A DNA stretch of 64,000 nt from positions 63,426,001 through 63,490,000 of the forward strand of contig OZ024744.1 in NCBI GenBank assembly GCA_964016885.1, given 5' to 3'. Both the position numbers and the translations under genes were made by a program. The notes under the pieces were generated by a model. The model did not search any database and was not told where the DNA came from. It saw only the letters and a list, made by a program, of their open reading frames with translations. Source of the DNA: Eledone cirrhosa (Eukaryota). This document shows, in pieces, positions 52,337 through 64,000 of the stretch (position 1 is the first letter of the stretch; each line of letters starts with the position of its first letter).

Positions 52337-52990
52337 TTGCCAGCTAAAGTAGAGGCGATTCAGCAATTAGCACCACCAACATCCTTGAAACAATTACGCC
52401 ATTTTTTAGGATTAATTAACTTTTATCGTCGCTTTATTCCTAACTGTACGGACAAGTTATTCCCCTTGACACAGTTTTTAAGGGCTGCAAAAAAGAAGGA
52501 TAAAAAAAATCCGTCAAGTCTGAGCTAACTAAAGTTTCCTTCCTTGCCCATCCTGTTGCAAATGCGAGACTTTCCTTATCTGTTGATGCATCTGATCGTG
52601 CTGTTGGCGCAGTTTTGCATCATGTAATCGATCACCAAGTTCAACCATTGGCATTTTTCTCTCGCCAATTAAAACCAGCAGAACAGAGATACAGCACCTT
52701 TGTCAGAGAACTTTTAGCGATTTATCTTGCCATGAAGCACTTCCACCATCTTTTCACGATATTCACGGACCACAAACCGTTAACGTTCGCTTTACAATCC
52801 AAGTCCGACAAGTACTCTCCGAGAGAGTATAGGCATCTGGATCTCATCTGACAGTATACCAGTGACATTCGTCACATAGCTGGAGCTGCCAACATACCCG
52901 CGGACGCATTCATTATCTAGACTTTCTGTATGTTCTCTTGCGTCTCCTGCACATATCGATTTAGTTGCCATCGCAACTGACCAACCTACC
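52337..52990 (+). pseudogene. gypsy pol remnant (RT thumb and RNase H)
   Basis: LRHFLGLINFYRRFIP, VDASDRAVGAVL, PLAFFSR, RELLAIY, FTDHKPL. Confidence 0.9.
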
Positions 52991-53624
52991 TTGGAATCGT
53001 TGGACATGAACAGCATCATCATCAACAGCAGCTACTGGTAAAACATTTACCACAACAACTACAACCACAACACCACCGCCGAACAACAACTTTTATAACA
53101 ATTAATGCAAGAACAGCAACTTTGAAAACATTTTGCACATTTTCGCCCATGTCAGACTTTATTTGTTTTCTATTAGACCCTGGGTGGTCATGTTATAAAT
53201 AGCAAACAGTCAGTCATTTGACACAGCGGCATACATAACACTGGCCCCTTAGCGCCTCATTCATAATTCTCTTCTTGCATTCATTCATTCATTCATTTTT
53301 TTTATTGATGTGCTCTTCAGCGTTTTCACACTAGTGATGTATAAACTATTTTTTTAAAAAAACATTGAACTTACCATTGAGCATTAATTTTCTTTTCTGC
53401 TCCTTTGTTAACTTTGAATTATCAGTTTTGTTACATTTAAATTTTTTCTTTGTCAAATGCATTTACTTGTTTTGTGCTTTTTTTTTTTTTTGCTATTTGC
53501 TTCAGTTACGAGCTTATGTTTTATTCATGCACCTTCTTCTACCTTTGCTTTGCTCCTCATTTCTTACGGGATCACGCTACAATGATCTTCGGCTGGTTAT
53601 TCGACTTCTCATTTGAGAGGGGAG

Positions 53625-54019
53625 TGTAGTGACCTACATTCCGCGGGCTCACATACATTCTCTGTGCGTGATTTGGCTCAGTTCAGCCAATCAGCGCCAG
53701 TAGAAGAGGATGTATCCCTACGCGCCCTGAGGAAGAAATTCCCCGCGAAGATTTGAAGAATCTCTCTCTTGTACCGGGAACTTCGAACCAGCAACACGCA
53801 TAATGTAACGGTGAGATTTTGCACCCTAGCCTCGCCGGCTTTCCGGCGCAATGGCACATTCCCTTTTGTAACCTCTTTTTATATGTAACTTCAACCATAT
53901 AAGTTAACAAACATTGTTTGTGCTACATCAAAAATAAACATACATTTCATCTCTAATTGCTGCTGTTGAAATCATATGTTACTCGTGTCTCAATAACATC
54001 TATAATCCATGCTGCTGGA
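53625..54019 (+). mobile_element. family B LTR with upstream PPT and downstream PBS
   Basis: GAGAGGGGAG at 53615-53624, TGTAG start, TGGCGACCTGACG at 54022. Confidence 0.85.
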
Positions 54020-55360
54020 ATTGGCGACCTGACGAAAGGAATATTGTAAATACAAAGATGGTAAATAGATCGAGGGACCTTCCCTCACGTCTATGTCGAC
54101 AAGACAATCCAACGAGGATACTATCACTTTACCACACTGTCAACTAATGACCTTCATTCAACTACCCTGCTAAAGGAGTCTTGTAGCGCTCTCTAGACAA
54201 AGGGAAGTAGCCAAAGTTACTTCGCGTAGAATTTCTTGAACTTCCGTTTCAGATTTGAACTTTCGTTTCAGAGATTATAAAAGAAGGAGCAAAGGACAAT
54301 CTACCTCTCTTTCACCAACGGCTCTAGAATTGACCACACCAAGCACAGATGCTAAACTTTTTCTAATCCTATCCTATACCTCAGGATTACACCACATCAT
54401 GGCAGGAGGTACGTTTCACTACCAAAATTGTAACAAGCTACTTCAATAAATGCAAATCGTTACTGATACACTTTTCCGAAGTATTCGTCATGTTTCAATT
54501 ACTACATCATCATTTCTATCACATCTTCTAAACAAATTAAATTAGTGGTTGGCATGTAGTGGTAGTTACTGGAGTAAATAACTCTATGGTCAATTCACTA
54601 AAATATTTACCTTGAAATAGTAAATATAAAGGGATGTAAATTTAGCTTATACTGAGGTTGCAGAAATTTAGTTTATTTGCTTTAACCCTACAGCATTTAC
54701 ATTACTCTATATTTACTATTGTATTTTCATGATAAAGGCTTTACTTCAGATACTTGTCTCACATAATATCGAATTTATGAGATTTTGATATTATTTATTT
54801 TGAGAACAATACCTTAACATGAGTATAAGTAGCAGGTTACGAACAGTTTGAACAGAAAGAGATGAGAGAATTCTGGCCAGTTTAAATGCTAAAGGGTTCA
54901 GGTAGTAAATTCAAAGGAGGATTCCTGCTGCTGATATTTGACCTTCTTAGATGAAATTTAGCATATTTGTTTTGAAGAAATAAATTTAAAGGGAGATTCA
55001 GTCTGCTGACTCTGATTGGTATTTAAATGCTATGGGTGAAGTTAGTGATAGGTCTACATGTGAGGGGAAGGCCAAGGTCATTATTTTCTTTCTTTATTTT
55101 TTTGTTTATTTCTTTTTCTGCATTAGCCAGAAGGATAGACATGTTTTAGGAGATGGGCACTAATCTGATAGGTCTTAATTTTGTGAAATAATCTGTTTGC
55201 AAATCTCTGTTCACATATTTGATCTTATTTGTACTTATATCTTTATGTAAATATGATTTAATCTTAATTATGTTTTACATTCATGTGTGTATATTTATAT
55301 TAATATGATGGCGATGAATTTGTTTTGCGAGGTTTTTTATATGAAATTATGTCGAAACAA

Positions 55361-55503
55361 ATATTGTTATACTTGGGGAGGGTCATATTGTTGTAATAAT
55401 ATTGCCAGAAATAATAACAGAACACACTCACAGTGAGTGTGTTCTGTTATTATTTCTGGCAATATTATTACAACAATATGACCCTCCCCAAGTATAACAA
55501 TAT
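55361..55503. repeat. perfect palindrome, 71-bp arms with a 1-nt spacer
   Basis: 55361-55431 is the exact reverse complement of 55433-55503. Confidence 0.95.
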
Positions 55504-56179
55504 ATTAATATGTATGTAGATAATTGAATTTACTTTAGGTACAAGGCCAACAATTTGAAGGGGAAAGGAAAGTCGATTAAATTGACCCCAGTACTCACCG
55601 GTGCTTTATTTTATTGACCTCATCAGGATGAAAGGCAAAGCTAACCTCAGTGGGATTTTAACTCAGAACGCAAAGGGCCATAACTCTATGCTTATTGAAG
55701 TTTATGCCTTTAGTGTCTTTTAATATTGTATTTATGTGACATTCATCTTAGATTCATTTCACTTATTTCTTTAATGGCTTTGATGATATTTGGTTGTTTA
55801 AATTTGAGAGATGACAAGAGAAGGTGGAGTATGGCCCATTATGTAATGGAGTCTTAGTCACTGCAGATAACAATAGTTTTATTAGCTTATGACAGCTGCA
55901 GCTTGATAACATCTGTCTTTCCCATGTGGTGGCTGTTGTGGTCCACACTGGTTTGCTGAGTTTGTAAGGTGGGTCGCTGGTTGGTTTAGCAGGAATCATG
56001 ACAGCTGGTTAGCGTTTGGTTTAGGGTGTTTGCTCAGTGTTTTATGAACCGATTGGAACGATAACAGTCTTATTTACGTGTATATATATTGTGTATTCAT
56101 GTAATTTATATATATATATATATATATTTATTATGAAAATAAACCAAAGAAGCCTTCAATACATCAAAAGTCTTTATTA

Positions 56180-56217
56180 GCCAACAATGTTTCGTCCTAT
56201 TAAGGACTCATCAGGGC
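56180..56217 (-). ncRNA. minimal type I hammerhead ribozyme motif
   Basis: Minus strand GCC-CTGATGA-GTCCT(TAAT)AGGAC-GAAAC(ATT)GTT-GGC, downstream of the minus-strand GIY-YIG ORF. Confidence 0.8.
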
Positions 56218-57990
56218 AATTAAAGCTATAAGAAGCACTATCAGCCAATACAAGCCGAAAACTCAGAAGAGTATGGAGTGTACATAGATTAAATCATAGG
56301 AAAATAATCGGGTAAAAATTATCAAGTAAAAAATTATCAAGTGAAAATTGCTAAGGAAGTAAGTAACATTTTGAACCATATTACAAATATAGTCCAATGC
56401 AAAAACTAGAGCTAAAACAGAGGTGGTGATATAGAGCGGGAATTATTGTACTATACATAATATAATATAATATAATATAATTAATAATGATAATAATAAT
56501 AATGTTAAAAGGCCCAATATATATATATATATACATATGTACACATATATACATATATATCAATACACATTTCCATCAATAGAAGCACAAACTAACCCTT
56601 ATTAAGAGTTTAAATATAAATAATAATAATAAAAATAAAAATAAAAATAAAAATAAAAATAAAAATAAAAATACAAATGAAAATAAAATTAAAATATAAT
56701 ACATATAATATTTACAGTATAAAATGAAGAATAAATGATTAAAAATAAGCATAAAATATATAATAAACTATATAATAGATAATCTTCGATTAATTTGCAC
56801 AAACAATATAAATGTTAAAATAACCCTAAAATTACAATATTATAATACAATGGCATATAACTTAACAAATCATATAGATTTACAGTCAGGGTGAGAAAAA
56901 ATATTGTACAGAACTAAATTATATTGGAAAAGTTATGTTGGAAAAATATCAAAACCATTGCAAGAAAATAGATCAAATTTCTATACAGTTGGTGTAAATA
57001 AATATTATCCAAACATTACAAGAATTATAAAAATATAAACATATTACAGGATTTACAGAATTTAACATAACATAATGGTACATTTAATAATCGGTAAATA
57101 ATAATGATCAGTAGTACGTTTATAAAGAGTGGAATGATATAAAATTTCAATATAAAATATTGAACATAGTATAATATACATAATTACATGGTTGGTGGAG
57201 AGACATTTGTGAATAAGTAAATGAGAGCCAGACAGACAGACTAAGCACGGTAGTATATATAAATAAATACAATCAACCGGAAATCGAAAAACAAAAACAA
57301 AAGTATTTACTTAGGTGTCGCATGCAGTTAAATCAAAAATTTAGGAAACAAACCCGGATAAATGACTAGAAAACCCTATTAAATTAATTAATATTGAAAG
57401 TACTTAAAATACATAAGTCCATACAAAATTAGGTATGGTTTAAGTAATCAAAATCCCCGAATTTAAAGATATCACTATAAAAATATATCTGGAAAACATG
57501 AAATATTCAACTATCAGTTGAATAACGTTATCTAATAAACAGACTTTAAATAGAGTTATGGTAGGCCAATGGGGACAGAAAAAAGAAATGTATGGATGAT
57601 ATGAAAGTGCATAAAATCATAATCAACATACTGTATTATACAATAGAAAGGAGCGTAAAAGGGAATTGGATATAATTATAGTATATTTGAAGGGGCGAGT
57701 GACAAGTATGTATGTGTGTGTGTGGCCGGGGGGGGGGGGTAGTTATCCAAAGAGGAATCCAAATAAAATAAAATAGAATAATATAAAATAAAATAAAATA
57801 TATAATCAGATATAAACTCATAAGGTGTTAATAGTGAAAAATATAATATTTAAGAAGATAGAAATGGTATGGTAGCTAAAAGATTATGAACGCTATAATG
57901 AAAAGCTGTCAAAAGCCAATGATAAAAATGATGATAATGATTGTGGTAAACATAATAAACCTTAACTAAAAAGATAAGGGAATGTAGCAG

Positions 57991-58984
57991 CTAATGGATA
58001 CAATTTACACTACTAGAACCTTTAGTTGAAATGGCGTGGGGGCAAGAACAGAATATCTCAGACTTTCTATTAAGTAAGGTTTCCCTAGAGAAAATTATAG
58101 AGTGGGTCTCAAGGATACAGAGATTGCAAAATTTAGTATGTGTTGAAAGGTTATTAGAGCGTGCTACTATACGCCAACTAAGGCTATATGGTATATTAGC
58201 CGCCTTAAGATCCCAGATATGGTGTGCTAAAGAAGTAGAATTCTTAAACTTAACATGTTTAAAATTAGAGATATGAGAATTAAACCTAGTCTTAAAAGTG
58301 TTAGATGTAGAGCCTATATACGTGCTATTAAAAGAATTAGTTTTAACCACACAAGCATAAACGATGTTCTTAGAGAGGCAGTTACCGTTTAAAGGGCAGT
58401 TAGCACTCACTCTACAGTTACACTTCCGGGTGTTATTGATCGGCTGAAGTAGTGATACATCGCACGTAGGATTACTATGAGATAAAGTCTGCTCTGGTGG
58501 TAAGGCATTTACGGATCTATTCTGACTAATAGCACGTAGAGAGGAGTATCCATCCCTAATTTTCCCGTTGTTAGTGCTAGCTAAATGAGAACTAATATTA
58601 GGGGTGGTAGAGAATGAAAGTTTAATTACATTTTTATTAAAAATACTATGGTATTTATTAGTAGGAGGGAAGTTTTTCTCTAAGATAGAAAAGAAAGACC
58701 TAGGGATGTTAGTTAATACTTCCTGATTATATGGCGGGTTAAAATAAGTATTTAGTCTCCTTCTATTTTTATCCTTACCAACTCTACCGTTATCTAATGT
58801 CCCATTATTAAGATTTGGGTTACTACAAGGATTAGTTAAAACCACATTACTAGAATCAGCCGAAACTCGATTAAGTCTCTTTCTGTTTCTACCTCTAGTA
58901 TATTTGCCGCCATCTGGAGTCATATCAAAAGGATTAGGGCCAATAATAGGATCAGTAGAAACAACATTATTAGAATTAGGTATA
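57991..58984 (-). mobile_element. PLE C-terminal half: linker plus GIY-YIG endonuclease (Hydra-clade-like)
   Basis: YFNPPY, CNC-x5-C-x5-C, NIVY...YIGST, FKTRFNSH, CNLCILE, NRKSEIFCSCPH. Confidence 0.85.
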
Positions 58985-59235
58985 CTTACTTATAATAATA
59001 ATAACATAATATCCCATAATATGGCCATGAGTGGGAGTAGAAAGAATAAGAATCGTAGAAATCACATAGGTGTATCGGAACCCATCCATGGGTTAAGCCA
59101 CCGGACTCGTAGCAGAGAATCTAATACTTCTAGGAATCAAGTCGAGCCCTCTGAGCGCTCACCCATTGGTAATACTTTTGATATACCTAATTCTAATAAT
59201 GTTGTTTCTACTGATCCTATTATTGGCTCTAATCC

Positions 59236-60996
59236 AGCAACTAACTTATTCATACGTAGGGTCAGATGGAAGGCCTACCATTTGGACAAGGATGCAGTTG
59301 AACAACCATTAGCTAAGGACAGGTATGGATTTAAGACCTACAAAAACCCACCACATAACACCCTGCTGGACACTTTTGAAAACGTCAGATATAAGAAAAG
59401 ATACAAGTGCACCAATGTTTTTCTGAACTCTTTAGACAGTCTCATATCCAAAATTAAGAAAGATAAACACTTATATGTAGCCTCTGACAAAACTAAAAAC
59501 CTATATAAGTTAGATATAAATAGATACAGGCAATTCATCTCCAATGAACTCAACAAAAGTTACAAAAAAACACCTAATAACACACTCAACCACATAAATA
59601 GATTAGGTAAGAACATAGTAACTAGCTTAGATATTGACAAATAAACAGACCCTTACAAACCTATGACACCGAAATTCTCTCTTAAGGATCACAAATGTAA
59701 CTTTAATGAAAACCCCTCTGTTAGATTAATATGCCTCTGCACTTCAGATATAGGTAGGATTAGCAAAGTGATCCTAGATAGAATAATACCTGTGCTAAAA
59801 AATAAGGCTAAGATTTTACTTTGGAATAATACCAACCAAGTCATAAAATGGTTCACTAATATACAAGGTAAGGATTCATTAAAATTTATACAATTCGACA
59901 TAGATAATTATTATGCCTCTATCTCCCCTATACTACTAAACAAAGCCCTTATCTTAGCTAAGTCCAATACTTGTTTAACTAAAATTGAAATAGACATAGT
60001 ACTAGCAGCTAGACGAACCATTATACACTTCGGCGTCTCATACTGGACCAGAGCCAACCGTCCTGATAATTTTGACATCACGATGGGGTCGAGTGACTCT
60101 GCACAGGTGACTGACTTAGTTGGAATATACCTCCTGCATAAGCTTAAGGAAGAGATCCCCGCACTACAAGGAGGTGTATATAGAGACGATGCCCTATTTA
60201 CTGTAAGGAATCACAACCCCCGTAGAATAGAAAACCTCAATAAGCATATCCATAGATTCTTTAAAGTATATGGCCTCTCAGTAACAATAGACCATAACCA
60301 TAAGATAGTTAACTTTCTTGATGTAACATTAGAGTTAGATACAGGCCTATACAGACCGTACCATAAGCCAGACAAGGTTCTCTCTTACTTTAACAAATCC
60401 TCTAACCACCCCACCTCTACCCTTAACTCTATAGTTAGAAGCGTCTCACACAGAATCTCGAGGCTATCGGCCAACGAGGACCTTTTTGACCACACCGCTG
60501 ATTACTACAACAACGCACTGGCTGAATCAGGATATAGCAATAAGATCTCCTACATCCAGGACACTAATTCCACTAAATCCCCCTCTCATAGAACTAGTAT
60601 AATGGCACAGCGCACCAATAATCACTGTGGCAGTACGTTTGGCAATAATAAATATAGGAATAGAACCGACATAGCAACCGGCCCATTGCAATATCACAAC
60701 AACAATAGTAATAGGCTAGGTAGATCCTGGAACCTGTGTCAATCTAATTCAGATAATAGAACTAAAAATAACTTACTAGAAAAATTCCCTGCATACAGGC
60801 GCAACAATAGAAACGGCATTTTACCTACACCTACCAACAAACATAGAGTAACTCATGTCGGCTCCAATGCTGATAGGTTAATACATAGGACTAATATGAA
60901 CAGAGTACACAACAGATAGCAGCCCAACTGCTGTAGTAAAAACACACATCACGGCAGCAACAACCACACCAGCCCAACGGCAACACAGAAACGCCG
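59236..60996 (+). mobile_element. PLE N-terminal half: reverse transcriptase with in-frame stops at 59642 and 60917
   Basis: RRVRWKAY, SDKT, VRLI, FDIDNYYASI, ITMGS, YRDD, VNFLDV, YHKP, SNHP. Confidence 0.9.
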
Positions 60997-61358
60997 CTAG
61001 GTACTATCTCAAAGAGTTTCCAAGGATGGTTAAAGAAAATTAGTCCAGCCCCGCTTTTTGGAACACTTCAAAAGGCATGCTTGCTGGGAACAGCAAGAAC
61101 CCTCCGATACGTCCTGAATATCTGAGGCTGCAGGTAGTGGTTTGATATTCATTTCAACAAACTTTCCAGTTAAATAATTGTTTCTACTTTAGGCACAAGG
61201 CCAGCAATTACCCAGTGCATTACTGGTACTTTATTTTATCGACCCCGTAAGGATGAAAGGCAAAGTCAACCTCGGCGGGATTTGAACTCAGATCGTAAAG
61301 GGACGTAACTATGCTGGAAAGCATGGCGTCCGACCCTCATCAATGACTGAGACTCAAA
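60997..61358 (+). mobile_element. short 3' fragment of an R4/Dong-type element, interrupted by a SINE (61176-61338)
   Basis: Nearly identical to 62137-62338. Confidence 0.85.
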
Positions 61359-61403
61359 TAATAATAATAGTAATAATAATAATAATAAAAATAATAAAAA
61401 TAT

Positions 61404-62338
61404 GTGACCGATAGTAAGGAGCCAATGCTCAGAATTGTACTGAAGGAGAGGACAATAGACCAGAGGATGTCCAAGGAGGAAATAGCAACAAGGAGAAAGA
61501 GCAGCCTTCATGAAAAATCCCTTCATAGTACCTTCTTTAAGAAAACAGAATTCAGAGATCCACAGACATGGAACTGGTTGAAAAGAGGAGACCTTAAAAA
61601 GGCTACAGAAGGAATACTAATGGCAGTGCAAGAGCAGGCCCTCAAAACGAAGTGGCTGAAACACCATATTTAAGGAGGAGGCTAGCCCACTGTGCAGGAT
61701 CTGTGGAGAGAGAGACGAGACTGTGGCTCACATTGTATCCGAGTGGAAACACCTAGCCCAGACTCACTATAAAGGCTGGAGACATGATGTGATGGGCAGG
61801 GTGATCCACTGGCACCTATGCAAAGTAAACAATTTACCACATTCTGAGAAGTGGTATGAGCATAAGCCAGAGTCGGTGATAGAAAACGATCAGGTGAAGG
61901 TGCTATGGGATTTTAGGATACAGACGGACAAAAAATTAGAATACAATAGGCCTGACCTGGTGATTTTGGACAAGGAAAAAAGATCGTGCCTGATTGTGGA
62001 TGTGGCCTGCCCATTCGACACGAGAGTGCAAGAAAAGGAGAGGGAGAAAATTAACCGATACCAGGACTTAAAGTGGGAGTTAAAAAGGATTTGGAACTGC
62101 CATGAAGTCAAGGTCGTCCCGATTGTCATAGGCGCACTAGGTACTATCTCAAAGAGTTTCCAAGGATGGTTAAAGAAGATTAGTCCAGCCCCGCTTTTTG
62201 GAACACTTCAAAAAGCATGCTTGCTGGGAACAGCAAGAACCCTCCGATACGTCCTGAATATCTGAGGCTGCAGGTAGCGGCTTGATATTCATTTCAACAA
62301 ACTTTCCAGTTAAATAACATCAATCACTGAGACTCAAA
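61404..62338 (+). mobile_element. R4/Dong-type RLE retrotransposon, 5'-truncated, within (TAA)n
   Basis: EQALKT, CRIC, WRHD, LWDF.IQTD, NRPDLV, VDVACP, KINRY, VPIVIGALG. Confidence 0.9.
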
Positions 62339-62549
62339 GAACAATAATATAATAATAATAATAATAATAGGCTAACAAAAGATATAAATAGACTGACATA
62401 GTGACTCAGTCAAAAGTTAATGGCTATGGCAATGAAGAGGCAACTTCTACAAAAAGTATATTACATTATTAATAATAATTTCTTTCTCAGCGACGAAGAT
62501 TAAGGAACCACTCATGATAATAACAATTTTAAAAAAACCAAAAAAACCC

Positions 62550-64000
62550 TGTGACCAAGAAATACCGGGATGGCGGCCAGCGGTGAATAGCTGTGTCTCT
62601 AGGGGAGATCGACTCCTCTAGTGTTGGTTGACACTCGTCCTAGGAGTGGTAACACAAAATGATTACCCCTTGGCGGTTAAGGATAAAACACAACAAAATA
62701 AAGCCAATGTCAAATGATAAAATCTCATACCGGATCAGCCGTCACCCGGGTAAAAAAGGGCTGCGTCCCTCAGAGAGGAACTAGACTGGGGTAAAAAAAT
62801 CAGCTAATGGTTCAAACCTTCCCATCAATTCAGAGCTGGAGACCTCCCATAACCGGAATACTCCTACTGTTGGCCCTCCATGTTCACCACCAAGAAATCC
62901 AAAGAAAAAGAGAGAAAAATAGTCAAGGGAAGACAATAAAGAAGTCCTTGAGGCTTTCTACACTGCTGTGTATTACCCATCAATAGATCAAATAGAGAAC
63001 AGACGTATATCAACTGGAAAAAGAAACATCCCAAAAACAGAGGCTATATTGACAGTAACAAACTAGCCAATATACGAAGAAATATTGTTAAGAAAAAGTT
63101 AATAGAAATTGATCAGATCAAGCACAAAGTCAGCGAAGGGAAAATGAAACATGTGTCAATGAGAACAAGGTAAATTGTAACACTTCGAATCCCAGGATTG
63201 GGGCGGAATCACTGACAGCAGAACAAATTAAAGAAAGGATAAAAAAAGTGGAAGGAGTGCATGCTCAAGATGAAACTCAAAATAAAAACAATGAGATCGT
63301 CAATGATAAAGAAATGAATGAGAATGAACTCGCCAACTTGAAAAATGAAATTATGATCGAATGGATGAAAATGAAAGAATCTGACATGGGGCAACGAGAC
63401 ACTCTCCCTAAGATCCAGAACTCCAAACAAAATCAAAGGATAATATACAACACTAACATAACTCTCAAAAACATTATCATCACAAATAAACTAAATATTA
63501 CTGATTTAAATCATCTCTATTATGCATCGGCTAAAGTCACCACTCACTTATGTGGAGTGAAAATGAAAAAACAAAGGAATCCCCACAAAAAAACCTACTT
63601 GGCAAGAGAACATCAATCGCCAAATAAACCTTCTTCGATCTGACATAGAAATTTTAGCAAGCTACAAAGTAGGCGAACATGTTAAACAAACTAAACTTAG
63701 AAAATTGAAAAGAAAATACAGTATAAAATCAACAAGTGACATAGACATGCTGATAGAAACAATCAAGCAAAAAGTGTCGGCCAAAGCTGCTCATATAAGG
63801 CGCTTTGAAAAACGATCTAGATTCTATAAGGACAATAATATGTTCAAAAACAACCAAAGAAACTTCTACAGAAAAATTGGCAAGTCAACAATAACTGCTA
63901 AATCAATACCACCCAAGGAGGAAGTGCAAGAATTCTGGGAAAAGATCTGGGCCGAAGAAAAAGTTCATAATATACATGCCCCATGGATATACAAATGAAA
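62550..64000 (+). mobile_element. 5' part of an R4/Dong-type element (leader and N-terminus), continuing beyond the window
   Basis: GC-richer leader; KQKVSAKAAHIRRFEKR...NNMFKNNQRNFY...FWEKIW resembles the region encoded at 32455-33108. Confidence 0.75.

Larger units (their letters stand above)
51161..54602 (+). mobile_element. Ty3/gypsy LTR retrotransposon, internally deleted (family A LTRs 51161-51602 and 54182-54602)
   Basis: Paired similar LTRs, 4-bp ATAT TSD (51157-51160, 54603-54606), PBS at 51604, pol remnant inside. Confidence 0.85.

Noticed and set aside
57991-60996. Selenocysteine-encoding PLE
   Set aside because: The in-frame stops are TAA and TAG, not TGA, and the conserved cysteines use normal codons.

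Overview
This is AT-rich animal genomic DNA with microsatellites and dense retroelements; the SINE/LINE repertoire resembles octopod cephalopods (inference). There are no prokaryotic features. The only host-gene signal is a probable terminal coding exon at 3564-3684 (+), followed by a LINE-poor, AT-rich ~10 kb block that may be a very long 3'UTR. From ~14 kb onward the window is nested transposable elements: RTE, CR1, CRE and R4/Dong-type non-LTR elements, at least three types of Penelope-like element (PLE), a non-autonomous Helitron, piggyBac-type MITEs, several SINE families and a gypsy LTR element with a nested second LTR. Notable points are a PLE split into head-to-head RT and GIY-YIG halves, several hammerhead ribozyme motifs, fold-back palindromes built from PLE termini, a four-copy tRNA-Trp PBS array and an in-frame RTE/CR1 chimeric ORF. 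Most short ORFs in the track are microsatellite or antisense artefacts. Boundaries of degenerate repeats are approximate.
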